Made by a program: the position numbers and the translations under genes
Shown: one piece after another, positions 10,459 through 22,697 of the stretch
Layout of the letters: each line of letters opens with the position of its first letter
Position numbering within the stretch: the first letter of the stretch is position 1
The notes under the pieces: model-generated
Database searches by the model: none
What the model saw: the letters and a program-made list of their open reading frames with translations, nothing else
What the model was told of the DNA's origin: nothing
From: Eledone cirrhosa
Taxonomy: Eukaryota
Direction: 5' to 3'
NCBI GenBank assembly: GCA_964016885.1
Contig: OZ024744.1
Coordinates: forward strand, 52,142,001 to 52,206,000
Length of the DNA: 64,000 nt

Positions 10459-13400
10459 TTATATAAGAAAAGAAAAAAGACATAAAACATATATATATAT
10501 AAACAATAAAATGAAAATTAAAACAATGAAAAATTCCCCACAAATGCTCGGGCACTGAACGAGTGCGTGCACAACGGTTTCGTCGCTATGCGCGCATCTC
10601 GGACAGGCTCGGCTGACGGCACTTCCGTACCTGTAGAGCTTATCTCGAACCGGTAGCGCTCCCCGGTAGCACTGCCAGGCCAGGGACTTTTGGAAGTTAT
10701 CCATAGGCCCCGGGCTGAAAGTTCTCCGGAAGAGAGCAAGCAGCTGATCTTCTTCGACGCCCAGGATCTCTCCGAGAACGTCGTCGCTCTTCCCCTCCAC
10801 TAGTCCTCTATAGAACGTCGAGGTGGATGTTCCACCGATACTGGTGCCCAACTGGGAGAGGACAGTGAGCGCCTGGAGACATTCCAGTTTCCAAGCGCTA
10901 TCCCTCGGTCTTTTTCTGACCCAGGACTGCAGCTCCGTCAAGGAGACGAGCTGTGGGAAGTACCAGAGATGTCGCAGACTCAGCGCATCAAGGAAGTACC
11001 AGAGATGTCGCAGCCTCAGCGCATGTTTGCGCATCATCAGCCATGGCATGCCCAGTCCTCCACGCAACGGGTGTTGACAGCAGATGGATCGTCTGACCAT
11101 GGGAGCGCTGGAGCAAGGGACGACGGTGAGGCGGTAGCAGATGACGGATGCGATGTACGCATTCGCCACTTCCGCCCGGTCTTTCAGGGACAGCTTCCTC
11201 TCAGCCCATTTCTGGGTGAGGGAGGCCACCCTGCTCGTCACCTCGTTCCAGTTTTTCTCCATCTGGAGGTCCGGTCCGAACCAGACCCCGAGCAATTTAA
11301 GCGGTCCGTCCGTCCAACGCCCCACGACGCTGTCGGGCGGTATGGACTTGCCTCTCCAGGTTCCTAGCTGCAAGCCTACCGACTTTTCCTGGTTTATCTT
11401 TGCTCCTGTCACGGTTTCGTATTCCTTGAGAGCGGTGCCGAGCATCTGGACGTGTCTGGTGCTCGACACCACCACGGTGACGTCGTCAGCGTAAGCCGAC
11501 TCGGATTTCCCGCATCCTAGTTCGCGTGGGACGCCCCTCATCGCCCCCAGTTTGTGCAGTAACGGCTCGAGAGCCAATACGTACAAGAGGGACGAGAGGG
11601 GACAACCCTGGCGGACTGAGCGCATGATGCTGAACGGCTGCGACAGGTGACCGTTCACCCTCACAACTGAGCAGATGTCGTTGTACATTGCAGCGATCCA
11701 ACCCCTGAAAACGGACCCAAAACCGGCTGCTTCGACGACCGCCGCCAGGTACCGATGGTCGACCCTATCGAATGCTTTGGATTGATCCAAGTTGATCAGA
11801 GCCCCACCCTTATCAGGTTCTTTAACCACCCTCTCTATGATGTATTGCGTGAGGTGGAGGTTGTCGTGTATGGATCTGTCCGGGATGGCGCATGTCTGCG
11901 CCTCTCCCACCAGACCCTTGACGACAAGCACCAACCTCGTTGCTAACACCTTGGCCAAAATCTTGAACTCTGCGTTTAGGAGGGTTATGGGCCTGAAGTT
12001 ATCAATAACATCCCCCTTGTTCGGGTCTTTTCTCAGCAGCGCGACTGCTCCCCCGCTCACAAAACTGGGAATGCTCCCGTTCTGCTGCCAGTTGCAGTAG
12101 ACGTCTGCCAAGAGGTCACCGAACAAGTCTGGCATAAATGCATTAAGCTCGTAGGGCAGACCATCTAAACCTGGCGATTTACCTCTGGTGCAGTTAGCCA
12201 TCGCTTCCTGTATTTCACCGGCTGTTGTTGGCTTTTCGCAACACTGTGCTGCGGTCGTCGAGAACCGAGCCAGTCCGTCGAGGTATGCACTAAAGTCCAT
12301 GCCCCGATCCGGGCCGCCGTCGCTCCCGAACAGTTCAGCAAAGTGCTGCTGAAAAGCTTCACACATCCGCTCGAGTTCGGGCATCACGCACCCGTTTTGG
12401 TCAGACAAAGAGCGAATTGTGGCTTTATTGCACGTCGCGCCTCTACTACCCGGCCCCATTGGACGGATTTTGTCCTCTCGTGTTTCAGAGCACGCGCTCT
12501 AGCTCTGACAACGCAGCCTTCGTGTTTTGCGTTGAAGAATTGGTCGAGTGCCAATCTCGCCGCAAGCACGTCGGTTGTGATGCCTGTCCTAAACGCCTCT
12601 TCTAGCTTTCTGACTAGCTCTCCTTCTACTCTATTTTCCTCTATCACTACTCCTTTGCTAAACATAATCGACTCTACTTTAATTGCCCTTTTCAGGGCGA
12701 ACCACCACCTGTTGTTGACGACCGCTCCCGTCAACGCCCGCTTAACTAATACGCTAATCCGGTCTCTGTAGGGTTTGCGCGCCGGGAAAGACGCGTTCAG
12801 CTTCCAGTAACCAGGCCATTGTCTATGAAGTCTGTCTATGTCGATATCACAGATCACACATTTGTGGTCTGTGTAGTCGACTATTTTAAATTGTGTACAA
12901 CTTATACTAGCCTTATCTAGTTCCCTGCAGAATACCCTATCTAGATACGATCTGGATGACCCGATGCGGTTTGTCCATGTCCACATTGGCACATTCGGGT
13001 GATCCAGTCGATACCTGTCAGACAGTTCAAAACGTCTGAGCAGGTTGGTGAGGCTCTTGCACCCTCCTCCCATATCCACTAGCCCCACACGATCCCAGCG
13101 TGCATCCAAGATACCGTTCCAGTCGCCCACTAACACTAAAGAGCGGGACGTTCCAAGAAAGGTCTCTAGACGTCTGAAGAAATCTGGCTGTCCTGTCCCT
13201 GTTGGGGCGTAGACGGCTACTAGCCTGAAAGCATTGCCTTCGCTGCCGGTCACGTCCAGCACCACCGACTTACCTTCTGGGTCCAGGAAGATGGCCCGTA
13301 TCGCGAGATCCAAGCCTCTCCGAAAAAGGACGGCAACCCCTCCCCCCGATCCTGGACAAATGGGAGATGCGTATACATCGTAGCCGCCGAAGATCGGTGC

Positions 13401-13543
13401 GAAGGCCCGTGCCTCGGAGATTCTGGTTTCACTGATGGCCACCACATCTATGTTTAGTGATGTGAGGTCATTGAGCAGGTGACCCTGCTTCCAAGATCAC
13501 TCCAGGCCACGTACTTTATACTGCCTATTCTAAGTACGGCCAT
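10459..13543 (-). pseudogene. Tx1-like ORF2: AP endonuclease + reverse transcriptase (frameshifted, internally deleted)
   Basis: APE motifs ISET, VYAP, VGDWN, YLDR, TDH; PGYWKLN; RT motifs KSPGLDGL, FRPITLLN, DQSKAFD, RQGCPLS, YADD; CPRC..ET..HALVQCP. Confidence 0.9.
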
Positions 13544-13575
13544 GTTGGATGAGAAACGGGGCAAGTGAGAAAGGG

Positions 13576-15642
13576 TCACTTACCTTGTTCGTGTGGTGAA
13601 GGGACAGTAGAACCGTCCCTTTCGCTGGTCATGGGTGTTTCCAAAAGGATGTCAGTGTATATCCTCTTGGTAACCGACACCCTGAAGTCTCCAACTGCGT
13701 TGGGGAATTTTTGTTTTAAAGGTTTGTACTGTTCTATTGAGATTTCGATGATGCTTATGTTTGACGGGAGAGTTCTTGGTGTTGGTGGGGTGTAGTAATT
13801 GTTTCCGTGATGTCTGTGTGCTGCTTCATATATTTTATGAGTTCTTTTTTTGCTATGTTCATGGCTGTGTACTTTTTGGAGGGAGGGGTGATTTTGTTGT
13901 CGTTTTCTTCTTGTTGCTGTTTGGTGTGTGTGTCTTGTTGTGTTTGCGTTGTTGGTGTTTGTGGTGATGCTGGGGGTGGTGTGGTTGTTGTTGTCAGTGG
14001 TGCTTGTGGTGGTGATTGTGGTGGTGTTGCTGCAAGTTTCCTTGCTGCCTTTACCCCTCTTTGTATGCCTTCGCTTTTGGAGGGTGAATCTAAGGGTTTT
14101 TTTCTTTTTTGTTTTTTTGTGGCAGACTGTTTGCCACGTTACTCCCGCCTCAAACTCCATGTCGGATTATGTGGCGTCTGGGAGGGGTATGTGCTCCACG
14201 GCTGTTGCTGGTGGTAATGGAGCCCTCTTCGGCAATGTTGTTGCTGGTGTAGCTATTTCAAATGTAGCTATTGGTGTTGCCGCCACTGATGATGCTGCTT
14301 AATTGTCCGTGGCCTTGGTACGGGTGCTACGGCCGTTACCCTCCTACTCACCGTGGAAGGGGCTTCTTCGTTTGTTGCTTGCTCTGCTCTTGGTAGCAGC
14401 GGACCAGGTATTGGAAGGAGAGAGGCCTTCTTCGCTGTCTTCTGCGGGCAAAAGTCCCTGAGGTGACCCTTCGACCCACAGAGATAACATTTTGGCCGTC
14501 TTCCTTCTACACTTATAGGGAGTTGGAGTCCTTCCTCAAAGTCTATGATATCGGGAATAGCCTCGATACATTCCTGGTCAGTTTGTATAAGCATTTGCAT
14601 GCCTATACCTGACCAGTTCTCTCTCCCTATTGTTTCTACTTGCAGCATGGTCGTCCTGTTCTCGATTCCAGCAAAGACAGACGCGGCCAGCCAAGGTATG
14701 GGCACGTCGGGTGGGACCTGGGTCACTTTGACCCTCACAATTTTCTGCCCGCAGTAGGAGGGCACCAAGACTAACTCCTCACTCTTTAAGGTTTCCAAAG
14801 AGTGAGACTTTGCTTCCTGGGGGGGGGGGCGAAATGTACGTCTACTGTGGCGTACTTTCTGCCTCGGTTGATGTGGTTTTGCGTGCCCAGACGCACCCCA
14901 AGGCCTTTTGGATTTGAGGATCTGTGGCTCTCTCCACTTGATGTGAGATTTTGCTTACGGTGCGGTAAGTCACCGTCCGTAGCTGCTGGTCCTTCAAAAA
15001 ATCGGGTGGAGGTTTCAGGGAAACTCTATTTGCGCTTCTTGTCACCATGGCCCTTGCGACTGCCATCTCCTCCTCTGTGACTAACACTGTCTCGATATTT
15101 CGGGCGACACCTGCAAAAGAAGTGGTCCCTTTTTCAGCAACACCACTATTGCTGCCGCTACTGGTCTTACTGGTGGTGCTGAGGTCGCTATTACAGGTAT
15201 CGGTGTCATTGTTGTTCTTTTCGCTGGTACAGTTGTTGGTGTTGTTTTCATTGATACTGTTGCTGTTGTTACTATTATTGTGGCTGTTGTTATTATTGTT
15301 GTTTTTGTTGATACTGTTCCTACAATTATTGTTGTTGTGGCTGTTGTTATTGTCATTGTTATTGTCGTTCTCGACCTTACCGCTGTTATTTTTGTTATTG
15401 TCGTTCTCGACTTTACCGCTGTTATTTTTGGTGTTGTTGTTGGTGATGTTGTTGGTGTTATTGTTGGTGTTGTTTGTGTTAGAAATATTTGTTAATTTTA
15501 AATCTGTAACAATCTTTTTTTCCTTTGTAATATTTTCGTTTATATTTACCTCCGCTGGAACGCTGTCTTGTTGACATGCTGATAAAGTCTCCCTCTCTCA
15601 GTGTTGTCTGACAGCGCTCTCTCTCTTTTTTATGTTATCCAT
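13576..15642 (-). pseudogene. Tx1-like ORF1 (gag-like, CCHC knuckle, Thr-rich linkers), frameshifted
   Basis: CYLCGSKGHLRDFC in ORF 14268-14798; located upstream of ORF2; homologous to ORF1 of copy 2. Confidence 0.75.
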
Positions 15643-15857
15643 GTTGAAATTTTTCAAAGAATATTTTTACACAAATACGAATACGACACCCCGTAAAGGG
15701 GTGCCGTATTATTTACTAGTGAACCCCTGTATTAGGTGGGTCACTTCTTCTAAACTGTTATCAAATTTAAAACTTGAATAAAAGGTTTAGAACGGTTGAA
15801 AAAGAGGTAAAACGTTGAAAAAGACTGGAGGCGATAAGAAGCGTGGCTTCACCAACC

Positions 15858-15886
15858 AATAATGATAATAATAATAATAATAATAA
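15858..15886. repeat. (TAA)n spacer between tandem Tx1-like copies
   Basis: Visible directly in the sequence. Confidence 0.95.
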
Positions 15887-18800
15887 GGATTTCTTTATTA
15901 ACCACAAGGGTTTACATAAAGTAGACATTAAGGACAGTGCAGGACAATACAGGACGGTACAAATGGGCATTTCTGCGTGTAAAAAACAAAAACAGAGGAT
16001 GTAACAAAAAATAACAATGAAAAATTCCCCAATAGGGGGGAGACTTCCGAGGGACATTTGTGGAGAAAGCCCATTAAAAGACCACAGTGACCCTGACCAC
16101 CAGGGCAAGTGCCCTCTCCCAGTTTTCTACCTTTAATTTACAGACACATACTCAGAGTAGGCCCATTCACTCGGGCCATAGTTGCTTCTCTCACCCATCT
16201 TTCAACAAAATGCTGGGAAGAGAGCACTTCCCTTTCTACCCTGATTTTCCTTTTCAAATAAAATTTGAAAAAGTTAATCAGGGCATCACCGAAGAGGTAA
16301 GTGCAAGTCTTCAGCCCTTTCAAACGTGTCCACCATACTATCTCTTTCGCCATGGCCACCAGGCAGATAAAAACTGCCTGCCCTTCCCGGCTAAAGGAGG
16401 AGGGCGGGGCAATCCTCACGATGGACTCAGATGATAGCCGGATCCGTCCTAAACGCGACAGCAGGTGTTCGACATAAACCCACAAGTCAGCAATTTTCGG
16501 ACACTGGACGAGTGCGTGCAGAACGGTTTCGTCGCCCTGCGCGCATCTCGGACATGCCCGGCTGACGGCACCTCCATGCCTGTAGAGTTTATCGCGAACT
16601 GGCAAGGCTCCTCGGTAGCACTGCCAGGCCAGAGATTTCTGGAAGTTGTCCATAGGTCCCGGCTCGAAAGTTCTTCCGAAGAGATTGGCTAGTTGAATTT
16701 CGTCGACGCCTAGAGTTTCCCCAAGTACGTCGTCGCTCTTCCCCTCCACTAATCCTCTATAGAACGCCGAGGTGGATTTTCCACCGATCACATTACCCGA
16801 TTGGTCGAGGGCTGTGAGCGCCTGAAGACATTCCAGTCTCCAGGCGCTCCCTCTCCGTCTTCGCTTGACCCAGGACTGCAGCTCCGTCAAGGAAACTAGC
16901 TGGGGAAATACGTGTCTAGCAAACGGCGCCAACACCTGATCACCGTCGAGGAAGAGGTGGAGATGTCGTAGCCTGAGCGCGTGTCTGCGCATCATCAGCC
17001 ACGGCATTCCCAGCCCTCCACGTAGCGGGTGTTGACAGCAGATGGACCCCCTGACCATCGGAGCGCGTCCCTTCCACAAAAAGCGAAAGAGCAAACGCTC
17101 CAGCGCAGTCAGGCGGGGCTTAGGACAAGGTACGACGGTCAGGCGGTAGCAGATGACAGACGCGATGTACGCGTTAGCCACCTCCGCTCGACCTTTCAGG
17201 GATAGCTTCCTCTCCGCCCATTTCTGGGTGAGAGAAGCCACCCTGCTCGTCACCTCATCCCAGTTTTTACCGTCTGGAGGTCCGGACCGAACCAGACCCC
17301 TAGCAATTTAACCGGTCCGTCCGTCCAGCGTCCGACGACGCTGTTGGACGGCATGGACCTGCCTCTCCAGGTGCCGAGCTGCAGGCCCACTGACTTTTCC
17401 TGGTTGATCATTGCTCCTGTCACCGCTTCGTATTCTCTTAGTGTAGTGCCGATCGCCTCGATGTGTTTAGCGTTCGACACCACTACGGTGACATCGTCGG
17501 CATATGCTGACACGGATCTTCCGCATCCTAGTTCGCGCGGGACGCCCCTCAACGTCTACAGTTTGTGCAGTAATGGCTCGAGAGTCAATACGTACAAGAG
17601 GGACGAGAGGGGACATCCTTGGCGGACCGAACGCACGATGTTGAACGGTTCCGAAAGGTGACCGTTCACTCTCACCACAGAGCAGATGTCGCTGTGCATG
17701 GCAGCGATCCAGCCTCTGAAGACGGGTTCAAAGCCAGCCGCCCTCAGGACTGCCGCTAGGTAACGATGGTCGACCCTATCGAAGGCTTTCGACTGATCTA
17801 TTGATCAAGGACCCACCCGTGCCAGGTTCCCTAGCTACCCTCTCTACGATGTATCGCATGAGGTGGAGGTTGTCGTGCATGGATCTGTCGGGAATGGCGC
17901 ATGTCTGCGCCTCTCCCACCAGACCACCAACGACAAGCGCCAACCTCTTTGCTAGCACCTTGGCTAAAATCTTGAACTCTGTGTTTAACAGAGTTATGGG
18001 CCTGAAATTATCTATGTTATCCCCCTTGTTCGGATCCTTTCTCAGCAGTGCCACCGCTCCTCGGCTCACAGAGCTGGGAATTCTCCCGTTCTGTTGCCAG
18101 TTGCAGTAGACGTCCGCCAAGAGGCCTCCGAACAAGTTTGGCATCTGTACGTAAAGTTCATAGAGAAGACCATCCAAACCAGGCGATTTACCCCTTGTGC
18201 AGCCAGTCATGCCTCCCGTACTTCAGCGGCTGTTATCGGCTTTTCGCAACACTCCGCCTCAGTGGCCGAGAGCGGCGGCAGTCCGTCGAGGTAGACACTA
18301 AAGTCCATCCCTCGAACCGGCCCACCGCTGCCCCCGAACAGCTGAGAGAAGTGTCGCTGAAAAGCTTCACACATTTGCCCGGGATCGAGTAGCATGCGCC
18401 CGTCGTGGTCCACCAAAGACCGGCTCATGGCCTTGTTGCCACGACGCGCCTCCGCCACTCGGGCCCATTGAACGGCTTTCGTCCCCTCGTGTCTGAGAGC
18501 ACGCACCCTAGCTCTGACAACGCAGCCTTCGTGCTTTGCATTGAAGAATTGGTCAAGGGCTAATTTCGCCGCAAGCACGTCGGTCGCGATGCCTTTGCTA
18601 AGCGCCTCTGTCTAATTTTCTAACTAGTTCTCCCTCTGCTCTATTTTTCTCTATTGGTAAAGCCTTACTAAACCTAATGGATTCTATTCTAATCGCTCTT
18701 TTCAGAGCAAACCACCACTTGTTGACGATGGCCCCCGTCAACGCCCGCTTAACTAGTTCGCTAATCCGGTCTCTGTAGGCCTTGCGCGCTGGTAAGGACG

Positions 18801-21034
18801 CGTTTAGCTTCCAGTAGCCGGGTCCTCGTCTATGAAGCCTATCTAAGTCAAGGACACAGATCACGAATTTGTGGTCCGTGTAGATGACTATCTTGATTTG
18901 TGGACAGCCTATGCTAGACCTATCTATTTCCCTACAAAATACTCTATCTAGATATGATCTGGATGACTCTATGCGATTTGTCCAAGTCCACATTGACACA
19001 TTCAGGAAATCCAATCGATACCTGTCAGACAGTTCAAAACGCCTGAGCAGGTTGATGAGGCTCTTGCACCCTCCACCCTTATCCGCTAATCCCACACAGT
19101 CCCAGCGTGCATCTAAGATCCCGTTCCAGTCGCCCACTAACACTAAAGAGCGGGACGTTCCAAGAAAGGTCTCCAGACGCCGGAAGAAATCAGGCCGCCC
19201 TGCTCCTGTCGGGGCATAGACGGCCACTAGCCTGAAAGCTTGCCCGTCTCCGCTGGTCATGTCCAGCACCACCAACTTACCCTCTGGGTCCAGGAACATG
19301 GCCCGTATGGCGAGATCCAAACCTCTCCGAAAAAGCACAGCAACTCCACCTCCCCCCGATCCAGGACGGCTGTGAGATGCGTACACATCGTAGCCGCCGA
19401 AGATCGGTTCGAAGGCCCGTGCTTCGGAGATTCTGGTCTCGCTGATGGCCACTACATCTATGTTTAGTGACCTAAGGTTGTTGAGCAGGTGACCCTGCTT
19501 CCATTACGACCCCAAGCCACGCGCATTTATGCTGCCTATTCTAAGTGAGGTCATGTTTAAAATGGAGTGGAAAAGATGGGAAAGACCATCGTAGAGGAAG
19601 GATGTTTTCTCCATCCCTTTTCACTTGATCGTCTGGTGAAGGGACCGTTGAATCGTCCCTTCGGCTGGTCGTCGGCTCTTCTATGAGTATGTCCTAATAT
19701 ACTCTCCGGTTGAGAGCCCCTCCTAGGTCTCTGAAATCACCAATTGCGTTGGGGAATTTCGTTTTAATGTTTGTGTATTGTTTCTGTGCTGTTTTTAGCA
19801 GTCTTATGTTCGTTGGCGTTTTGATTGGTGCTGGTATTATGTAGTCGTGCTGTGAAATGTATGTGTGTTCAATTATGTAAGTCATTAGTTTCTTATTGTG
19901 TGTATTTATTGCCGTGCATTTGTTTTTCTGGGGGTGGGTGTGGTTCTGCTATTTTCTTGTTGTTGTTGCTGGGTGTGTGTGTTTTGTTGTTGTGTTTGCG
20001 ATGTTGGTGCTTGTGGTGGTGGTGTTGAAGGTGTTGTTGTTGTTGGCGGTGGGGTTGAGGCCGGTGGATGGTGGTGCTAGTGTGGGTGGTGATGATGTTG
20101 GTGGTGTTGCTGCTGTGAGTCTCTTTGCAGTAGCCTTTACCCTTTTTTCATTTCTTTCCTCCCCTTTCGAAGGCGACGATGCGCTGCTTTTGCGTTTGTA
20201 CCTTCTTACGACCTTTTACCATCCTTCTCCCACCTCACACTCCATGTCTGATTCTGTGAGGTCGGGGAGGGGTACCAGCTTCACTCTTTCACTTGTTGTT
20301 GTTGGTGATTTTTGCAGTGGAGTCTCTGTTGCAGATGCATTTGGTTTTACTGTTGTTGTTGTTAATACTTCCACTGCTGCTGCTGTTCTTGATTTCCGTG
20401 GCGTGGGTATGGGTGCCACGGACCTATCGTTCCTGGTTGCCGCTTGTCCTGTTGCTGGTAGCCGTGAAGCCGGTTTCGGAAGGAGGGTAGTTTTCTCCTT
20501 TCTCAGGGTCTTCGTTGCAGAAGGCCCTGAGGTGAGTCTTCGATCCACAGCGAAAGCCTTTCGGGCGTTTGCCCTCAACACTTATGGGCAGTTGAGTGCC
20601 GTTATCGAAGTCTATCACATCCGGGATAGCTTCGATGCACACCTGGTTGGTTTGTATTAACATCTCAATGGAGGTGCCGACCCAATCTTCTCTTACTCTT
20701 TTCTGTACTTGCAGTACAGTTGTTTTGTCGTCGATTCCGACGAGGACAGACGCGGCAAGAAGGGGCAATCCCGGGGGGGGGGGGGGGTCAGTTTGACCCT
20801 CACAATTTTTTGCCCGCAGTAGGAGAGCACCAACACCATTTCCTCGCTCCTTAGGGTCACTAAGGATTGAGCCTTTGCCTCCTAGGGTGTGGCAAAAAGC
20901 ACGTCTACGGTGGCACATTTCTTGACTCGGGTGATATGTATTTTCCGCTGCCACACAGATCCTAAGGCTTTTTGTATTTGAGCCTCTGTGGCTCTTTCAA
21001 CCCTACGGGATTTTGTGCTTACTGTACTGTACGT
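15887..21034 (-). mobile_element. Tx1-like LINE copy 2 (intact 3' end, 5' part of ORF1 lost)
   Basis: ORF2 pieces 16138-19554 (APE, YADD RT, Zn finger) and ORF1 ~19610-21034. The 3' end reads CCCTTGTGGTTAATAAAGAAATCC(TTA)n. Confidence 0.9.
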
Positions 21035-21369
21035 ACTCTATTCTAATTGCTCTTTTCAGAGCAAACCACCACTTGTTATTGACGATGGCCCCCGTCAACG
21101 CTCGCTTAACTAGTTCGCTAATCCGGTCTCTGTAGGCCTTGCGCGCTGGTAAGGACATGTTTAGCTTCCAGTAGCCGGGTCCTCGTCTATGAAGCCTATC
21201 TAAGTCAAGCACACAGATTACGAATTTGTGCTCCGTGTAGCTGACTATCTTGAATTGTGGACAGCCTATGCTAGACCTATCTATTTCTCTACAAACTACA
21301 CTATCTAGATATGATCGGGATGACTCTATGTGAATTGTCCAAGTCCACATTGGCACTTTCGGGAAATCC
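21035..21369 (-). mobile_element. Tx1-like LINE fragment 3 (APE C-terminus/linker), 5'-truncated at (TTA)n
   Basis: Highly similar to 18680-19010 (SSRSYLD..HRRGPGYWKLN). Confidence 0.85.

Positions 21370-21403
<34 letters not shown>
21370..21403. repeat. (TAA)n between back-to-back 5'-truncated Tx1 (-) and Dong (+) copies
   Basis: Visible directly in the sequence. Confidence 0.95.
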
Positions 21404-22633
21404 GGAGAGTAAGGAGCGTATTAAAGTCACATCTGAACAGTAGGAATGCCATAAGTGCAGTAAATTCCCGAGCTGTGTCTATTATTAGGTACAGTGCGGG
21501 AATTCTGAGATGGAATGTTGCTGAACAAAAAGAAATGGATAGGAAGACTAGGAAGCTATTGACTATCTACAACATGTTCCACAAGAGGAGTGATGTCGAT
21601 AGTCTCTACTTAAGGAGATCTGAAGGTGGAAGAGGTCTTATCAGCATAGAGGACTGTGTTCAGATGGAGAAAAACAATCTACACAAACACGTGACTGATA
21701 GTAAGGTGCCAATGCTTAGGATTGTACTCAAGGAGAGGACAATAGACCAGGGGATGTCCAAGGAGGAAATAACAACAAGGAGAAAGAGCAGCCTTCATGA
21801 AAAATCCCTTCATAGTACCTTCTTTGAGAAAACCGAATTCAGTGATCCACAGACATGGAACGAGTTGAAAAGAGGGGACCTTAAAAAGGCTACAGAAGGA
21901 ATTCTAATGGATGCACAAGAGCAGGCCCTCAAAACGAAGTGGCTGAAACACCATATTTACAAGGAGGAGGCTAGCCCACTGTGCAGGATCTGTGGAGAGA
22001 GAGAGAGGAGACTGTGGCTCACATTGTATCCGAGTGTAAACATCTAGCCCAGACTCACTATAAAGGCTGGAGACATGATGTGATGGGCAGGGTGATCCAC
22101 TGGCACCTATGCAAAGTAAACAATTTACCACATTCTGAGAAGCGGTATGAGCACAAGCCAGAGTCGGTGATAGAAAACGATCAGGTGAAGGTGCTGTGGG
22201 ATTTTAGGATACAGACGGACAAGAAACAGGAACACAATAGACCTGACCTGGTGGTTTTGGACAAGGAAAAAAGATCGTGTCTGATTGTGGATGTGGCCTG
22301 CCCATTCGACACGAGAGTGCAAGAGAAAGAGGGGGAGAAAATTAACCGATACCAGGACTTAAAGTGGGAGGTAAAAAGGATTTGGAACTGCCATGAAGTC
22401 AAAGTGGTCCCGGTTGTCATAGGCGCACTAGGTACTATCTCAAAGCGTTTCCAATGAGGGTTAAAGAAGATTAGTCTAGCCCCGAATTTTGGAACACTTC
22501 AAAAGGCATGCTTGCTGGGAACAGCAAGAACCCTACGATACGTCCTGAATATCTGAGGCTGCAGGTAATGGCTTGATATTCATTTCAACAAACTTTCCAG
22601 TTAACTAACATCAATGACTGAGACTCAAAGAAC
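21404..22633 (+). mobile_element. R4/Dong-like LINE copy 2, 5'-truncated, (TAA)n tail to ~22695
   Basis: CRICG, WRHD and RPDLVV..VDVACP RLE motifs; frameshift at ~22000. Confidence 0.9.

Positions 22634-22695
<62 letters not shown>

Positions 22696-22697
<2 letters not shown>

Larger units (their letters stand above)
10415..15857 (-). mobile_element. Tx1-like (L1 group) LINE copy 1, apparently full 5' end
   Basis: 5' UTR, ORF1 with CCHC knuckle, ORF2 APE+RT+Zn finger. The 5' end abuts (TTA)n. Confidence 0.9.

Noticed and set aside
10823-20796. Plus-strand ORFs overlapping the Tx1-like elements
   Set aside because: Antisense shadows of GC-richer coding sequence.
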